Below, piece by piece: positions 1 through 11,674 of a stretch of DNA of 64,000 nucleotides. The number at the start of each line of letters is the position of its first letter. Positions within the stretch are counted from its first letter, which is position 1. The notes under the pieces were generated by a model. The model worked only from the letters and a program-made list of their open reading frames with translations, ran no database searches and was not told the origin of the DNA. Origin of the DNA: Azolla caroliniana (taxonomy: Eukaryota; Plantae; Polypodiophyta); contig JBHGNT010000007.1 in assembly GCA_043228905.1 (NCBI GenBank), positions 20,646,001 through 20,710,000 of the forward strand. Direction: 5' to 3'. The position numbers and the translations under genes are program-made.

Positions 1-3000
1 ATGACGGGCCAGAAGGGAAACGGTTATCCCTAGCAAGAGTGAAGTCGAGCTTGCTAGATGAGGAGGCGCGTCGGAAAGACAAGGATACGAGCTCCGACTC
101 CAAAGCGCTCCTTACTAAATCGGAATGCGGAAAACAAAGGAACCGTTGTCCCTAGAACCGGGAAAAGTCGGGGACACAGTCAAAGTCAAGGGAGAGGCCT
201 ACTTGCTTCTATTGTGGCAAGTCGGGACACTTCTAGAAGAACCGTCGGCACTTCCGAAAAGACAAGGAAACTAACAGTACCGATTCGAAGCGGACACCGG
301 ACCAGAACGGTAAAGACCGGACGGGACCAGACCGGAAGGGAACGACGGAAATCACAACAAGTGAAGAAGAGTTGATGCTCATCACCAAGGAGAGTGAGTT
401 GAACCTTGCCGGCGACGAGACAACGTGGGTTGTCGATTCCGGAGCATCGTTCCACCTTACCCCGGACCGGAAAGGCTTCTCATCCTACACAGCTGGTGAT
501 GATGGCTGTGTCCGGATGGGGAATGAAGGCACGTGCCGAATTGTCAACATAGGAGATGTGTGGTTGACAAAACCAACCGGATGCAAGCTGCTGCTGAAGG
601 ATGTCTGACACGTTCCGGAGGTTTGACTGAACTTGATCTAGATGAGGAAGGCTACACGGGTAGCATCCGGAATGGAGTCATGAAACTGGCTGGAAGCTCA
701 AGGCGGTTCGAGCAGATAACAGAGGGGAATACCGGAGGGAGTTCGAGGAGTACTATCGGTCGAAGGGAATCCGGCTTAAATTTACCATGCCGAAGACGCC
801 AGAACTAAACGGGCTGGCCGAGAGGATGAACCAGACCATAATGGAGAGGGTCCGGAGTATGCTGGCGCAGGCAAAGTTACCCAAGACGTTTTGGGCTGAG
901 GCGCTATCGACAACGACGTATGTGATAAATAGATCACCCTCAGTGCCCTTGGCTGGAGACACACCGCAGAAGGTGTGGACCAGTAAGGAAGTGTCCTACC
1001 GGCATTTGAAGGTGTTCGGGTGTTTTGCATACGTGCATATAGCTAAGGATCGTAGAGGAAAGTTAGATCCAAAGACCCGGCCATGCATATTCCTCGGTTA
1101 CGGTGACGATGAGTTCGGCTACCGAGTGTGGGACCTGGTCGACAAGAAGGTATTCCGGAGTCGAGATATTATCTACATGGAGGACAAGACGCTCGCCGAC
1201 AGGGAGTCGGAGAAGAAAATAATGAACTCCGAGTCGACCGGTAAGGATCGATTCTACAATGAGCCGACCCAACCGGCAAGAAACCGGTTAGCACTCGAGG
1301 AACCAACCGGTTACAGTGAGGATACCGAACCGGTAGGAGAAGAAGTAGAGGAAGCTAAAACCAGAATCGGATTCAGATGAAGAGCAAATGGTGTAGACGG
1401 TTACCGAAGCCCAAAGACGGAGATATCCTCTCAGAGAGACAAGGGCCCCCCGAAGATTTCCGGATGCAGAGCATGTGCTCCTGACCGATGAAGGGGAGCC
1501 AGAAAGCTTCGAAGAAACGAAAGTTGACACCCACAACCAAAAATGGTTAAGTGCCATGCAGGATGAGATGGTTTCCCTGCATGAGAACCATACGTACGAA
1601 TTGGTGGAGTTGCCGAAAGGAAAGCGGGCACTCCGAAACAAGTGGGTGTACAAGTTGAAACCGGGAGATGTCGGCAACCCCCCGAGATACAAGTCAGGAT
1701 TGTGGTGAAGGGTTTCCAGCAGAAGAAGGGCGTGGACTTCGACGAGATATTTGCCCCGGCAGTAAAGATGACCTCCATCCGGACGGTGCTGAGTATAGCG
1801 GCAAGCATGGACCTCGAGGTAGAGCAGCTAGACGTGAAGACGACATTCCTTCACGGCGACCTCAAAGAGGAGATCTACATGCAGCAACTGGAAGGATTCG
1901 TGGAGAAAGGGAAGGAGCACCTAGTATGCCGGTTGAAGAAGAGCCTGTACGGACTGAAGTAGGCTCCCCGACAATGGTACCGGAAGTTCGACTCCTTCAT
2001 GACCGATCAAGGGTACCACAAGACGCAGGCCGATCACTGCGTGTTTGTGAAGAAGTTCGAAGGAGGCAACTTCCTGATACTCCTTTTGTACGTGGATGAC
2101 ATGTTGATCGTCGGACGGGACCAAGCCAAAATACAGATGCTGAAGAAGGATCTCAACCGGACCTTCTCAATGAAAGACTTGGGTCCGGCAAGACAGATGC
2201 TGGCAATACATATCATCCGGAACCGGCCATCGAAGCAATTATGGCTGTCACAGGAGAAGTACGTGACAAAGGTGCTTCAGCGGTTCAACATGTTGGAAGC
2301 GAAACTGGTCGGATCGACACTCCGGGCAAACTGCAGATTATCCGGTAAGCAAAGCCCGAAGACAAAAGCAGAGAAGGCTGATATGATGAAGGTTCCATAT
2401 GCCTCTGCCGTTGGGAGCTTAATGTACGCAATGGTCTGTACCCAACCGGATATAGGATACGCAGTCGAAGTGGTGAGCCAGTTTATGAGCAATCCTGGCA
2501 AGGAGCACTGGAACGCAGTCAAATGGATACTCCGATACTTGAAGGGCACTTCGAATATGTGTCTCCGATTCGGCTCCGGAAAACCTCAACTTGACGGTTT
2601 TACCGACTCGGACATGTCGGTTGATGTGGATACCAGCCGGTCCACATCCGGGTATGTAATGACATATGCAGGGGGAGCTATTTCGTGGCAGTCATGGCTA
2701 CAGAAGACGGTTGCATTGTCAACCACGAAGGCGGAGTACATCGTGGCTGTGGAAGCCGGCAAGGAAATATTATGGATGAAGGACTTCGTCGGAGAGCTTG
2801 GTATCATGCAAGATAAATACCGGCTCTACTGCGACAGTCAAAGTGCCATCCACCTTGCTAAGAATGCGGCCTACCATTCCCGAACGAAGCCTATCCAGTG
2901 AAGGTATCACTGGATCCGGGAAAGAGTAGATGATCAGGAGTTCGTGCTGACGAAGATCCACATGGTCGAGAACGGGTCAGATATGTTGACCAAAGTACTC

Positions 3001-3066
3001 ATACCCGACAAGCTGGATGCATGCCGGAGGCGAATCGGACTAGTAAGACATACCATGCCGAAGTGA
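1..3066 (+). mobile_element. Ty1/copia retrotransposon A, internal gag-pol region (protease, integrase, RT, RNase H), degenerate
   Basis: ORF pieces contain protease WVVDSGASFH, integrase PELNGLAERMN, RT LLYVDDML and RNase H CDSQSAIHLAKN. Stops and frameshifts are present, and part of the integrase is missing near 690. PPT GAAGGGGGAG at about 3065-3074. Confidence 0.95.
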
Positions 3067-3480
3067 AGGGGGAGTTTGTTAGGAAACAAGTCCCTCCGGA
3101 TGGGAAGTGAGAAGAACAATATTGATGAGAAAACTCGGCCGAGGCCGACAGGTCGAGGCCGAAACCGGATGAGGAGTACCCAACTACGGAAGACCCGGTG
3201 AGAGCCGGATGACGAGTACCCGGCTACGGAGAGCCGGGTGGTGCAGACCCGGTGAGAACCGGATGACGAGTACCGCGCAAGCGCCGGATGATGTAGGCCC
3301 GATGAGGAGTGCTCACCGGATGAAGGGACATATTTGTAAATATTTTTTCAGAGAGTCCATCGGGGCTATATTTGTAAATAGCCGCAAAGTCCTATTAGTA
3401 TAAATATGACTTAGGGCAAACTTAGTAATGGTTGTTGTGGTCATTCTTGTTTGCGCAAAATCAGAGCGCGTAACTGTGTA

Positions 3481-3522
<42 letters not shown>

Positions 3523-3956
3523 GAGGTCGTTGCCTCTGTTGTAACCACTGCCTATGGCGAAGATAGAAAGCTCGAGGTTGTTGCCTCGGTGCTTTACTAA
3601 CACGTTCGCGTTCACAAGTGGAAGGATCGTGCATAAATGGAAGGATAAGGGAAATTTTAGGGGTTTTTCAATGATTTTACAAAACACATTGATACCAGTA
3701 TCATACAAGTTCAAACATACTATGAAAAAGGTTAAAAATCCACTATTTTCGTGATTTAGAAGTAACTAAAAAAAGACGAATTTCAAAAACATACATTCTC
3801 AATTTATATCACAAACTTTACAACCAATGTTATTTTATAAGAAACGATTTTTGGGAAATCATAAGAATTCAAAACACATGATTTTATATTACTCGATTTG
3901 TTACAAGCGGAATGTAGTTACACTTAATAGCCAAATATACATTCATGATCACTCCT

Positions 3957-6737
3957 TTACGGAGAATCACTACTATAACTAATATACAATGACGATTCCT
4001 CCTCATCATCCTCGGATGTACCAATCAGTGCATTATCTTCGTCATAAACCAAATGGTTTGACTCTAGATTATATGTAGCAGATCTCGTTTGCCTTTGACT
4101 CGAGCCACCTTGTAGACCTGGTAATTTTTCTTTTATTATATCTATTGTTGACTTCCTTAATCGTCCGGCTTTTGTAAGTGTGAAGTCGTACACGATGATA
4201 TCCACATCAGAGATATCAAGGGTCGAGGTGTTACGAATGTTTCGCTTCCTCTTCCTACCTCCCCTTCTTGTTTGGCATTCAATCATCTCCAATGTATACT
4301 TACCTGTAAAAGCATTTGCACTTCTAGTGTTGTACCAATGAACATTTATAGACTTGATCGTGTTTTCTATTTCATGCATTAGCACTTCTAGAATTTTACC
4401 AACCCAAAATTGGTGGCCATGTGAGTTCTCATCAGTCGGCGTTGCAATCAACATCCCCGCGGTGAGCTCTTGCAAATTTCCTTGCCATCTAGCTTCGGCT
4501 GCTTTGGTCATCCTTGGTCCCACATAAATGTCTCTTTGTTGTGGATGGACCAAGCTGTCATTAATCGCATTTACTAGTCGCTCCGGACTTCTATTTACGC
4601 GATCATGTTGCAGCGACCATGTGAATGGCGTTTCCAAATTCCAATTATCAACAGATACACAATTGTCTATAATTTCTTTCTGATCACTATAAAATACATC
4701 CCACCATGACGTGTCTTGTTGTGCGGCATATTTCTTGGCGGCCTCAATATGTTTTCTTTTTTCTTCTAAGGCATGGAGCCATGACCGTTTTTGTTCTAAT
4801 ACCAAGTCGCTCTGCAACTGTCCTTTCTTCTCAATTGGCATTTGCTTAGCTCCATGGACAATTGTACTCGGCATACAAAGTAATAACTGGCAACCACCTT
4901 CAGGTTCCCATGTTGTAGAAGATGAATATTGTTTAGCATACAAAAGTGTAGAACCACTTATTCCATTTTTCTTTATCAAAAAAATGTGATTGAAACTTAT
5001 ATTGTTTAACTGAGCAAGCACTTTAACATTCCCACCACCCCCATCTAATATATATCTCTTAAAGTCATATACCTCCTTCAAGTGTAACACTTTTGGGCGT
5101 GGTGTATATGCATCACAAATGACATCAAATAGTTTAGGTAAAGTGAAAGCATCATGCCGAGACAACTGTCTGGAGAATGTGCTAAACATCTGATCTATAT
5201 GGTCATGTGTGTGGCCAACCAAAAGGAAATTGACTTTCACTTTCCTAAACAATTCTAGGTTGACCAACATACTTAGATAGCCAAATACAGTTGAATTTTT
5301 GTTCTCTCTAGCAGTATTGTCCAATTGAATGTATAGAACAGGGGGGAAAGGTTGTCCCCAAGACATCAAAACTCGGTGAATCACTATAACTGTTAGGTTA
5401 GGGTCATTGTGAACATTGGGGTAAGTAATGAAGACGTGAGGTCGAACAGACCTATTATAAGCCAAGCATCCCACCAAGTGCATTTGAACAAGGCACTCAT
5501 CATTGACATCTTTGGGGAGCCTCCGCATATGCGGCAAGCATGTCTTCTTCTGGTCCATGCCATCTATCATTAAGCACATGTATTGTTCAGGCCTCTTCAA
5601 ACACTTCTCTCTATGATGCATCGCCTTCCTTCGTTCTAAGGATTGTGCCTCACGATGCTCTTGTAGTAACTTCTTACTCGTATCCTTTTCCATTGATGTC
5701 TTTGCACCTTTAGCCAAACTTTTAAGATTTGCACAAATGGAGCAATAACCCATACGTACTTTACGAGGAATAATAACATTTGAAAACCGAGCTCTCCATA
5801 ATCTTGTGAATTGGCTATAGGTGATAGACTTATTACGTGAGCCCAGCATTTCAGATCGATAGACATCATAAACTTCCCGACGGGTATAATTATCAGAAAG
5901 ATGCATCCTACCTGTAGTGGGCATTACTTCACAATTTAACTGAAAGTAAGTTTTCATCCAGCCAATAGCTAGTCTTCCAATTGCACCTTTCATACTTGGA
6001 ACCTCTTTACAATTGAGCATCTGATCCCCGCTAAGTAGACGTTGTTGTACTCTATGTAGCCGCATGTTACTAACACATAACACAATTTTGAATGCAACTC
6101 TACATATCTGTTGCGCATGGAAGATATAATACTCGAATGATACTTTGATCCCCGTACATTTGTCAGATACTAGTTGCATATGTGATCCGAGGTAAGTGTC
6201 TTGCTCATCACCGGTCATCGAAAAATAGTATCGCCTTAATTCTCGCAACTTTGATTTTCCAATCATAGACATACAACCACGGGCACAACATATTTTGTTG
6301 ACATAAAATCCAATCTGTTTATCTGATGTCACCAAGCTAAATCTAGCCAGACGAATTCTTCGTGGGATTCTTCTAATATGCATAGGGCTCCCAGATTTCT
6401 CTTCCTGCATAGAGGTTGGTGTAACCTTGTTACAGTCTAATTCTCTGTTCTGACCATCGCCAATGTTATTCAATGTTTCCTGGGCACTTCCTTCATTCTC
6501 GGTATCTTTATTAATATCGTATTCTTCAATAGAGAACTCTTCACATGTGTCATTATTTACATTCCCTGTAGATGAGCTCAGACAATATTCTTCGATAGAA
6601 TATGGTGAGTCGGTCGAAAGACAATATTCTTCAATCGAATATGGTGACTCTGTTGACAAACAATACTCTTCAGTAGAAAACGATGGGTCTGATGACAAAC
6701 AATATTCTTCAATCGAGAACGGTGAATCTTCACTCAT
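3957..6737 (-). CDS. DDD-type transposase, Sola-like, 926 aa, single uninterrupted ORF
   Basis: Putative catalytic motifs MIDGMDQ, IQLDNTARENKN and FLLVGHTHDHIDQMFS. Cys clusters CCARGC, CRVAF and CSIC lie upstream. The ORF sits inside TIRs with a 4-bp TSD, which fits the Sola superfamily. The superfamily label is from motif recall. Confidence 0.82.
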   Translation of the reverse strand: MSEDSPFSIEEYCLSSDPSFSTEEYCLSTESPYSIEEYCLSTDSPYSIEEYCLSSSTGNVNNDTCEEFSIEEYDINKDTENEGSAQETLNNIGDGQNRELDCNKVTPTSMQEEKSGSPMHIRRIPRRIRLARFSLVTSDKQIGFYVNKICCARGCMSMIGKSKLRELRRYYFSMTGDEQDTYLGSHMQLVSDKCTGIKVSFEYYIFHAQQICRVAFKIVLCVSNMRLHRVQQRLLSGDQMLNCKEVPSMKGAIGRLAIGWMKTYFQLNCEVMPTTGRMHLSDNYTRREVYDVYRSEMLGSRNKSITYSQFTRLWRARFSNVIIPRKVRMGYCSICANLKSLAKGAKTSMEKDTSKKLLQEHREAQSLERRKAMHHREKCLKRPEQYMCLMIDGMDQKKTCLPHMRRLPKDVNDECLVQMHLVGCLAYNRSVRPHVFITYPNVHNDPNLTVIVIHRVLMSWGQPFPPVLYIQLDNTARENKNSTVFGYLSMLVNLELFRKVKVNFLLVGHTHDHIDQMFSTFSRQLSRHDAFTLPKLFDVICDAYTPRPKVLHLKEVYDFKRYILDGGGGNVKVLAQLNNISFNHIFLIKKNGISGSTLLYAKQYSSSTTWEPEGGCQLLLCMPSTIVHGAKQMPIEKKGQLQSDLVLEQKRSWLHALEEKRKHIEAAKKYAAQQDTSWWDVFYSDQKEIIDNCVSVDNWNLETPFTWSLQHDRVNRSPERLVNAINDSLVHPQQRDIYVGPRMTKAAEARWQGNLQELTAGMLIATPTDENSHGHQFWVGKILEVLMHEIENTIKSINVHWYNTRSANAFTGKYTLEMIECQTRRGGRKRKRNIRNTSTLDISDVDIIVYDFTLTKAGRLRKSTIDIIKEKLPGLQGGSSQRQTRSATYNLESNHLVYDEDNALIGTSEDDEEESSLYISYSSDSP

Positions 6738-7408
6738 GGCTTAAGGTCTAGATAGGGCTCTCTAACTTATACTCCTCTCTAACCATATACTCCTCCCTAA
6801 ACATAAACTTCTCTCTAAACAAAAGCCAAATCAATAGAATGTCTATATTATGTAATATTCTATTAATACAATACATCTAAAAATTATTTTTAATAAAGTA
6901 ATTTAACTTAGATTATCAATCATTATATAAACTAGATCTAAATGATGTTAAATCAAGTAAAATATAAAACTAATCATTAACAAGCCTTGAATATGTTGGA
7001 TTAATGTTAAAATCATTAGCTAATTAATGACACCCATTTTGATATAGAACGTCTCACTCATTGGTTCTTTAATGCTCACCATTTTAAATATTAGACTTAT
7101 CAATCATTGGTTAATTCATGCCCACATCTTTAATACATAACATTTGAGAGTCATAAAAATTGTTGCTTTTAGTAATCAATCATTGGTACATTCATGAACC
7201 TCTATCATTGTCTCCTTCATAACCTTTGAAGTGATTGTAGGTTGTTATGAGTATAAAAGATTGATCAATATGTTAGTTTGACTTTGTAATCATTAATACA
7301 ATCATAAGTTACTATAGTTAATGTGACTATGGTTACAAACTAACTATCCTCAAAGTTACCAACATTGGTTAAGGTGACTATGGTTACTTTAACCATGGGT
7401 TCAATCCC

Positions 7409-7416
7409 TATAAATA
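7409..7416 (+). promoter_or_regulatory. TATA box of the ParB-MTase gene
   Basis: CCCTATAAATAGG about 150 bp upstream of the ATG at 7560, followed by pyrimidine-rich initiator-like CTCATCA/TTCACTC. Confidence 0.6.
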
Positions 7417-7559
7417 GGAAGACCTCATCATATTTCACTCACCAGAGCGTACAGAGCGTACAGAGCACACAGAACGCAGAGAGCACACAGAGCACACAAA
7501 GCACTCAGAGCACAAAGCACGAAAGCGCGATCTCCGCCTCCACTTCAACACGATCAACC

Positions 7560-10500
7560 ATGTCTTCCAAGAGAATCGAGCGCGAGGAGTCCAGGTAGGC
7601 CTCTGACACTGTGGACATTTTTGTAAATATGTTTCGTTTCTCAAGAACTCGATACGGTGTATCGAGTTCATGTATACAATACAAATATTTATACACGAAC
7701 TCGATACGCCGTATCGAGTTCGTGTTTAAAGTGTAGGTTTTAAACACGAACTCGATACGCCGTATCGAGTTCGTGTTTAAAGTTTGAATTTTAAACACGA
7801 ACTCGATACGCCGTATCGAGTTCGTGTTTAAAGTGTAGGTTTTAAACACGAACTCGATACGCCGTATCGAGTTCGTGTTTAAAGTATAGGTTTTAAACAC
7901 GAACTCGTTACGGCGTATCGAGTTCGTGTTTAAAACCTACACTTTAAACACGAACTCGATACGGCGTATCGAGTTCGTGTTTAAAATTCAAACTTTAAAC
8001 ACGAACTCGATACGGCGTAACGAGTTCGTGTTTAAAGTGTAGCCTTTGAGAGAGAAAAATCGTTTACGGGGTGGAAATGATATCAAATTGTCTGGCAAAA
8101 TCAGTCTTTTTTATGTTGACTTTACTTACTTTTAAACAAATACATGCTCTAATTATAGGTGTTTTATGACCTACTTTAGCTTAAAATAGTAGAAAATGAT
8201 CTACAAATTGCCTTCACTATGGCAAATTCTCCTCAATATAGGTTTAGAATCTATATAAGTCATACCTACTATTTAAAAGAATATATAACCCGTTTACTTA
8301 TTACGATATATATTTTCTAGGTTGAATAGCCCTGCCTATAATAGATTTTTGAATATGTTACTGCTCCTGGAAACTGTTCTTCATTATAATAACAACTTCA
8401 ATCTACGTGACTGTCTAACTTATGTTTTTGCATATACTTTCTTAAATAGGTCGTTTGAGAACCTGTCAGACCGACCCGTGAAAAAAATTAAGCTTCGCAT
8501 ACAAGGTTCTCCAATCGAAGCCTAGACCAAGGTAACTCCGGAGACCATGAAGAGAGGAAAAAAGCTTCTCTTTAACGAAGAGACAAAATCTCAGCCACAT
8601 AGTGATGTAAGCCAAAAGAAACTTGTCGCCGCTACTGGAGGCGAAGACCTTCCTGACTGAGATCTAACGGACAAGGAATGGTGTATGCAATATGTCGACT
8701 CAAAGAAAAAAGTCGTATTGTATACAACAAAGAAGAAGGGTGAGGGGCAGCTAGGAAAAGAAACTCCATTTATGTATGGCCGAATTCTACGATTTGACTA
8801 CGAAGATGCAGATTCGGCCAACATACTGGTAATGATAGAGTGCTCCAAGGGGGTACACAAAGTGTTCCTTTCAGAAGACCTTTTAGTAAAGGAATCTTGT
8901 GGGCCTGAAGTGTTCAAAAAAGCACTTGATAACTCACAAAACCTGATTGTTACCTTGAGGCCTTATATACAAGGCCATGTAACTCTAAGAGATGAAGAGC
9001 CCTCCCACTTGAAGGCCACTAAAAAGGTATCCAAAGTCCAGTCAAGACCAGCCAAGAAGAAGACAACGAAAATGTCGGATACGGATTCGACAAGTGAAAA
9101 TGAAGAAGAGGATAATAAGGGGACGCCAGAAGCCGAGCTGGCCTCGGGTGTCTTGTCATCCGAGCAGAATAAAATAAGGAGAGAGTTAATGAAACGGAAG
9201 CTGGTCAGGAAAGGGCAAGTATTTAATTTGCCTATAACACACATCCATCGGCCCCCTATTGATGAAAAAACAGGTCGAAGACCACTTGAGATTAGAGAGC
9301 CTCATCGCATGCATGTTCAAAATCTCAAGAAAAAAATGAAAATTAATCCTTATGCCATAGTGGTGCCTTTTATTGTTATGGTGGATCCTGAAGAATGTGA
9401 AACCATTGAAGATTTTGATATCAGAAAGCATGATCAATATAATTATTTTGTCATTGGTGGATCGCATTCAGCAGAGGCACGTCGGCAACTTGTGAGAGAA
9501 CATCCAACCACTTTCTTCTTCAAGTATGCCGAGTGCAAAATTTATGTTGGGCTCACAACCGAAGAGGCTAAGCTGTTGGCATGGGACCATAATAATGATA
9601 ATGACTATAGGCAGAAAATGTCGTCTATTGAGCGTATACGGTTCTTCCACCACGAGTATTTAGATGTGAAACAAAAGTTTGGTGTGAAGTTACATCCAGG
9701 CCTTCGACGTCAATGTCTGCATGAAGTCGGCATTGTGGTAGATGATAATGTTAGGTCCGATGGTCTTCGAAAGTATGAATCTTGGTTTCAATTGGCGTTT
9801 AGAGATGGAGAAGTATGGGACCTCCAAGATCAAATATTCTCAATGTGGGAGAATAAGGAGGTAAAGGGTCAACGACAAAAGAAATGTAGGGTTGACCCTC
9901 AACTAGAATTAAAGTCACAAGCCGCCAAGAAAATTGACTTGACAATTGAAGAAGCGGCAGACAACATGAAGCTGTCTCTATGGAGAGCGATGCAAGGTAT
10001 TAAGGACGAGCAGCTTCTTGTGTCGGTTTTGTCAAGGGTTGTGGCGAAAGATTTAAGCCTTGAAGAAATGGTCACTGAGTTCAATAAGTAAGTCTTTCAA
10101 ATACTGAAATTGTAGTCTATCTGGTGTAATTCAAAGTTCTAATCTTGATTTCTAATTTTACAGTCATAAGGTGTACATGAAGATCCAAGAAGTAATGATG
10201 AAACAACTTGGATGTATAACTTGGGAACAAGTGACCGAGGATTATCCTCTAACGTCTTCGTATAAGGCGTTATCAGAGTATTTTATTGCATTCAAGGATT
10301 GGGTTAGTATTGATGTTTTTTCATTACCCTTTCATCATATGTAGAGCTTGTATAATAATACCTGATGTCCTATTGCTTCTATTAGAAACCGTGTCGAGGC
10401 AAGAAACAAGGAGAAGTTAAGGATATACACGATTTCCCTACATCGTTCCTTGCACATCTCGAGCGAGCCAGAAAAGAAAAGGATCGTCGCTTAGTCAAGG

Positions 10501-11674
10501 CGTACGAAATGGAGGAAGATGGCTCGTTTAAAAAATTTAGCCACAAAAAAGATATTACGAGAGATCTTTACTACAATGTGGTTTGCGGTGATGTCATCGA
10601 CTTGATCCAGAAGGTGCCAAAGAAGGAATATACGCTAATGATTGCGGATATTCCTTACGGATTTCGAATGGCTGGGTCATCATACGACGATGAACCGTTT
10701 AGGTTTAAACAATTGGAGAAGATGGTCAAGGATTTCGCTGAGCTAACGACCGCATCCTTGTGGCGAATAGTTGTCTTTCATAGTATGGACCAAGGGTACT
10801 CGGTAGCTCAAGCTTTGAGATCTCGTTGCCATGGCATCGAGAACCTTGCATGGTAAGGATTATTTATAGGTGTCTTTCATTATATTGCAATTCTTAAGGT
10901 TGTTGAATCTATTCTTAACTCGATGAATTATTTTTTATAGGATCAAGACCAATGTAAATAGAGGGCCAACTTTTCGGTTCGTTAATGCCATTGAATACAT
11001 AACGGTTGGCTACTTCGATGAAATTAAAAAACAGAGAATCAAAGAGCATTCTAATGAAGTGGGAGGTTCAAATCTGTTGGTATATCCAGCAGTGACTCGG
11101 AAATTGCGACATTTCACCACGACAGAACGGGGACTTGTCAACCCATACCAAAAACCTCAACGACTTATGATGCGCTTGATCGAGATGTTTTCTGTCGAAG
11201 GAGACTGGATATTAGATCTCTTTTCTGGCACAGGTATTCCTCGAACTAGGGTAACGATCTTGAGATAACCAATCACTTTTTTTCGTTTGACAACTAAATC
11301 TTCTTGTTACTTACATCATAGGAACTACGTCAGCATGTGCATTGAAGCTGTTTAGAAATACAGTTGCATTGGAGAAGGACGAGGACCAAGTTATATTTAT
11401 TAATATGCGGATTAAGGCTTTGTGGGAGTGCCCAGACCAGGATGAGGAGGTCGGTGCAAAGAACCTCGCCAATACAAAAAGGTTTCAACCTGCTTCGCGA
11501 GAGCCTATTCCTCCGTTAGCCGGCGAACCGGGGGAGCTAATAGAGCTTGATGATGAGCTTATAGAAGATATTTCGTTGGCTCGGCTAACAGGGGAAACCA
11601 ATGCACGTATAGCCGAAGACAGTTCTACACAAGATGATGAAGAAAATGACGTTGATGAATTGATTGCTATGTAA
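7560..11674 (+). CDS. Six-exon ParB/Srx-like domain + beta-class N6A/N4C DNA methyltransferase fusion. Exons 7560-7594, 8450-10087, 10164-10302, 10386-10852, 10941-11233, 11322-11674; 974 codons with two premature stops near the N-terminus, or 884 aa open from the ATG at 8685
   Basis: All five introns are GT-AG and phase-compatible (2925 nt spliced). ParB-like segment: REPHRMHVQNLKKKM..PFIVMV..YFVIGGSHSAEARRQL. MTase motifs are in beta order: GDVIDLI, IADIPYG (IV), W-IKTN..EYITVG, PYQKPQRLMMRLIEMFS (X), WILDLFSGTGTT (I), VALEKD (II). In-frame TAG at 8523 and TGA at 8658. Confidence 0.85.
7644..8037. repeat. Array of eight 51-bp units, each a near-perfect 43-bp palindrome, in intron 1
   Basis: Unit TTTAAACACGAACTCGATACG-(C/G)-CGTATCGAGTTCGTGTTTAAA. 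Centres at about 7657, then 7709, 7760, 7811, 7862, 7913, 7964 and 8015. Confidence 0.97.

Noticed and set aside
7505-7900. 131-aa repetitive minus-strand ORF
   Set aside because: It is a by-product of the 51-bp (17-codon) repeat.
7644-8037. CRISPR array
   Set aside because: The spacers are only about 8 bp and recur, there are no cas genes, and the array lies in a spliceosomal intron.
7560-11674. Bacterial or phage contamination as the source of the ParB-MTase
   Set aside because: The gene has five GT-AG introns, a TATA box, a TSD inside a plant LTR and a second decayed copy.
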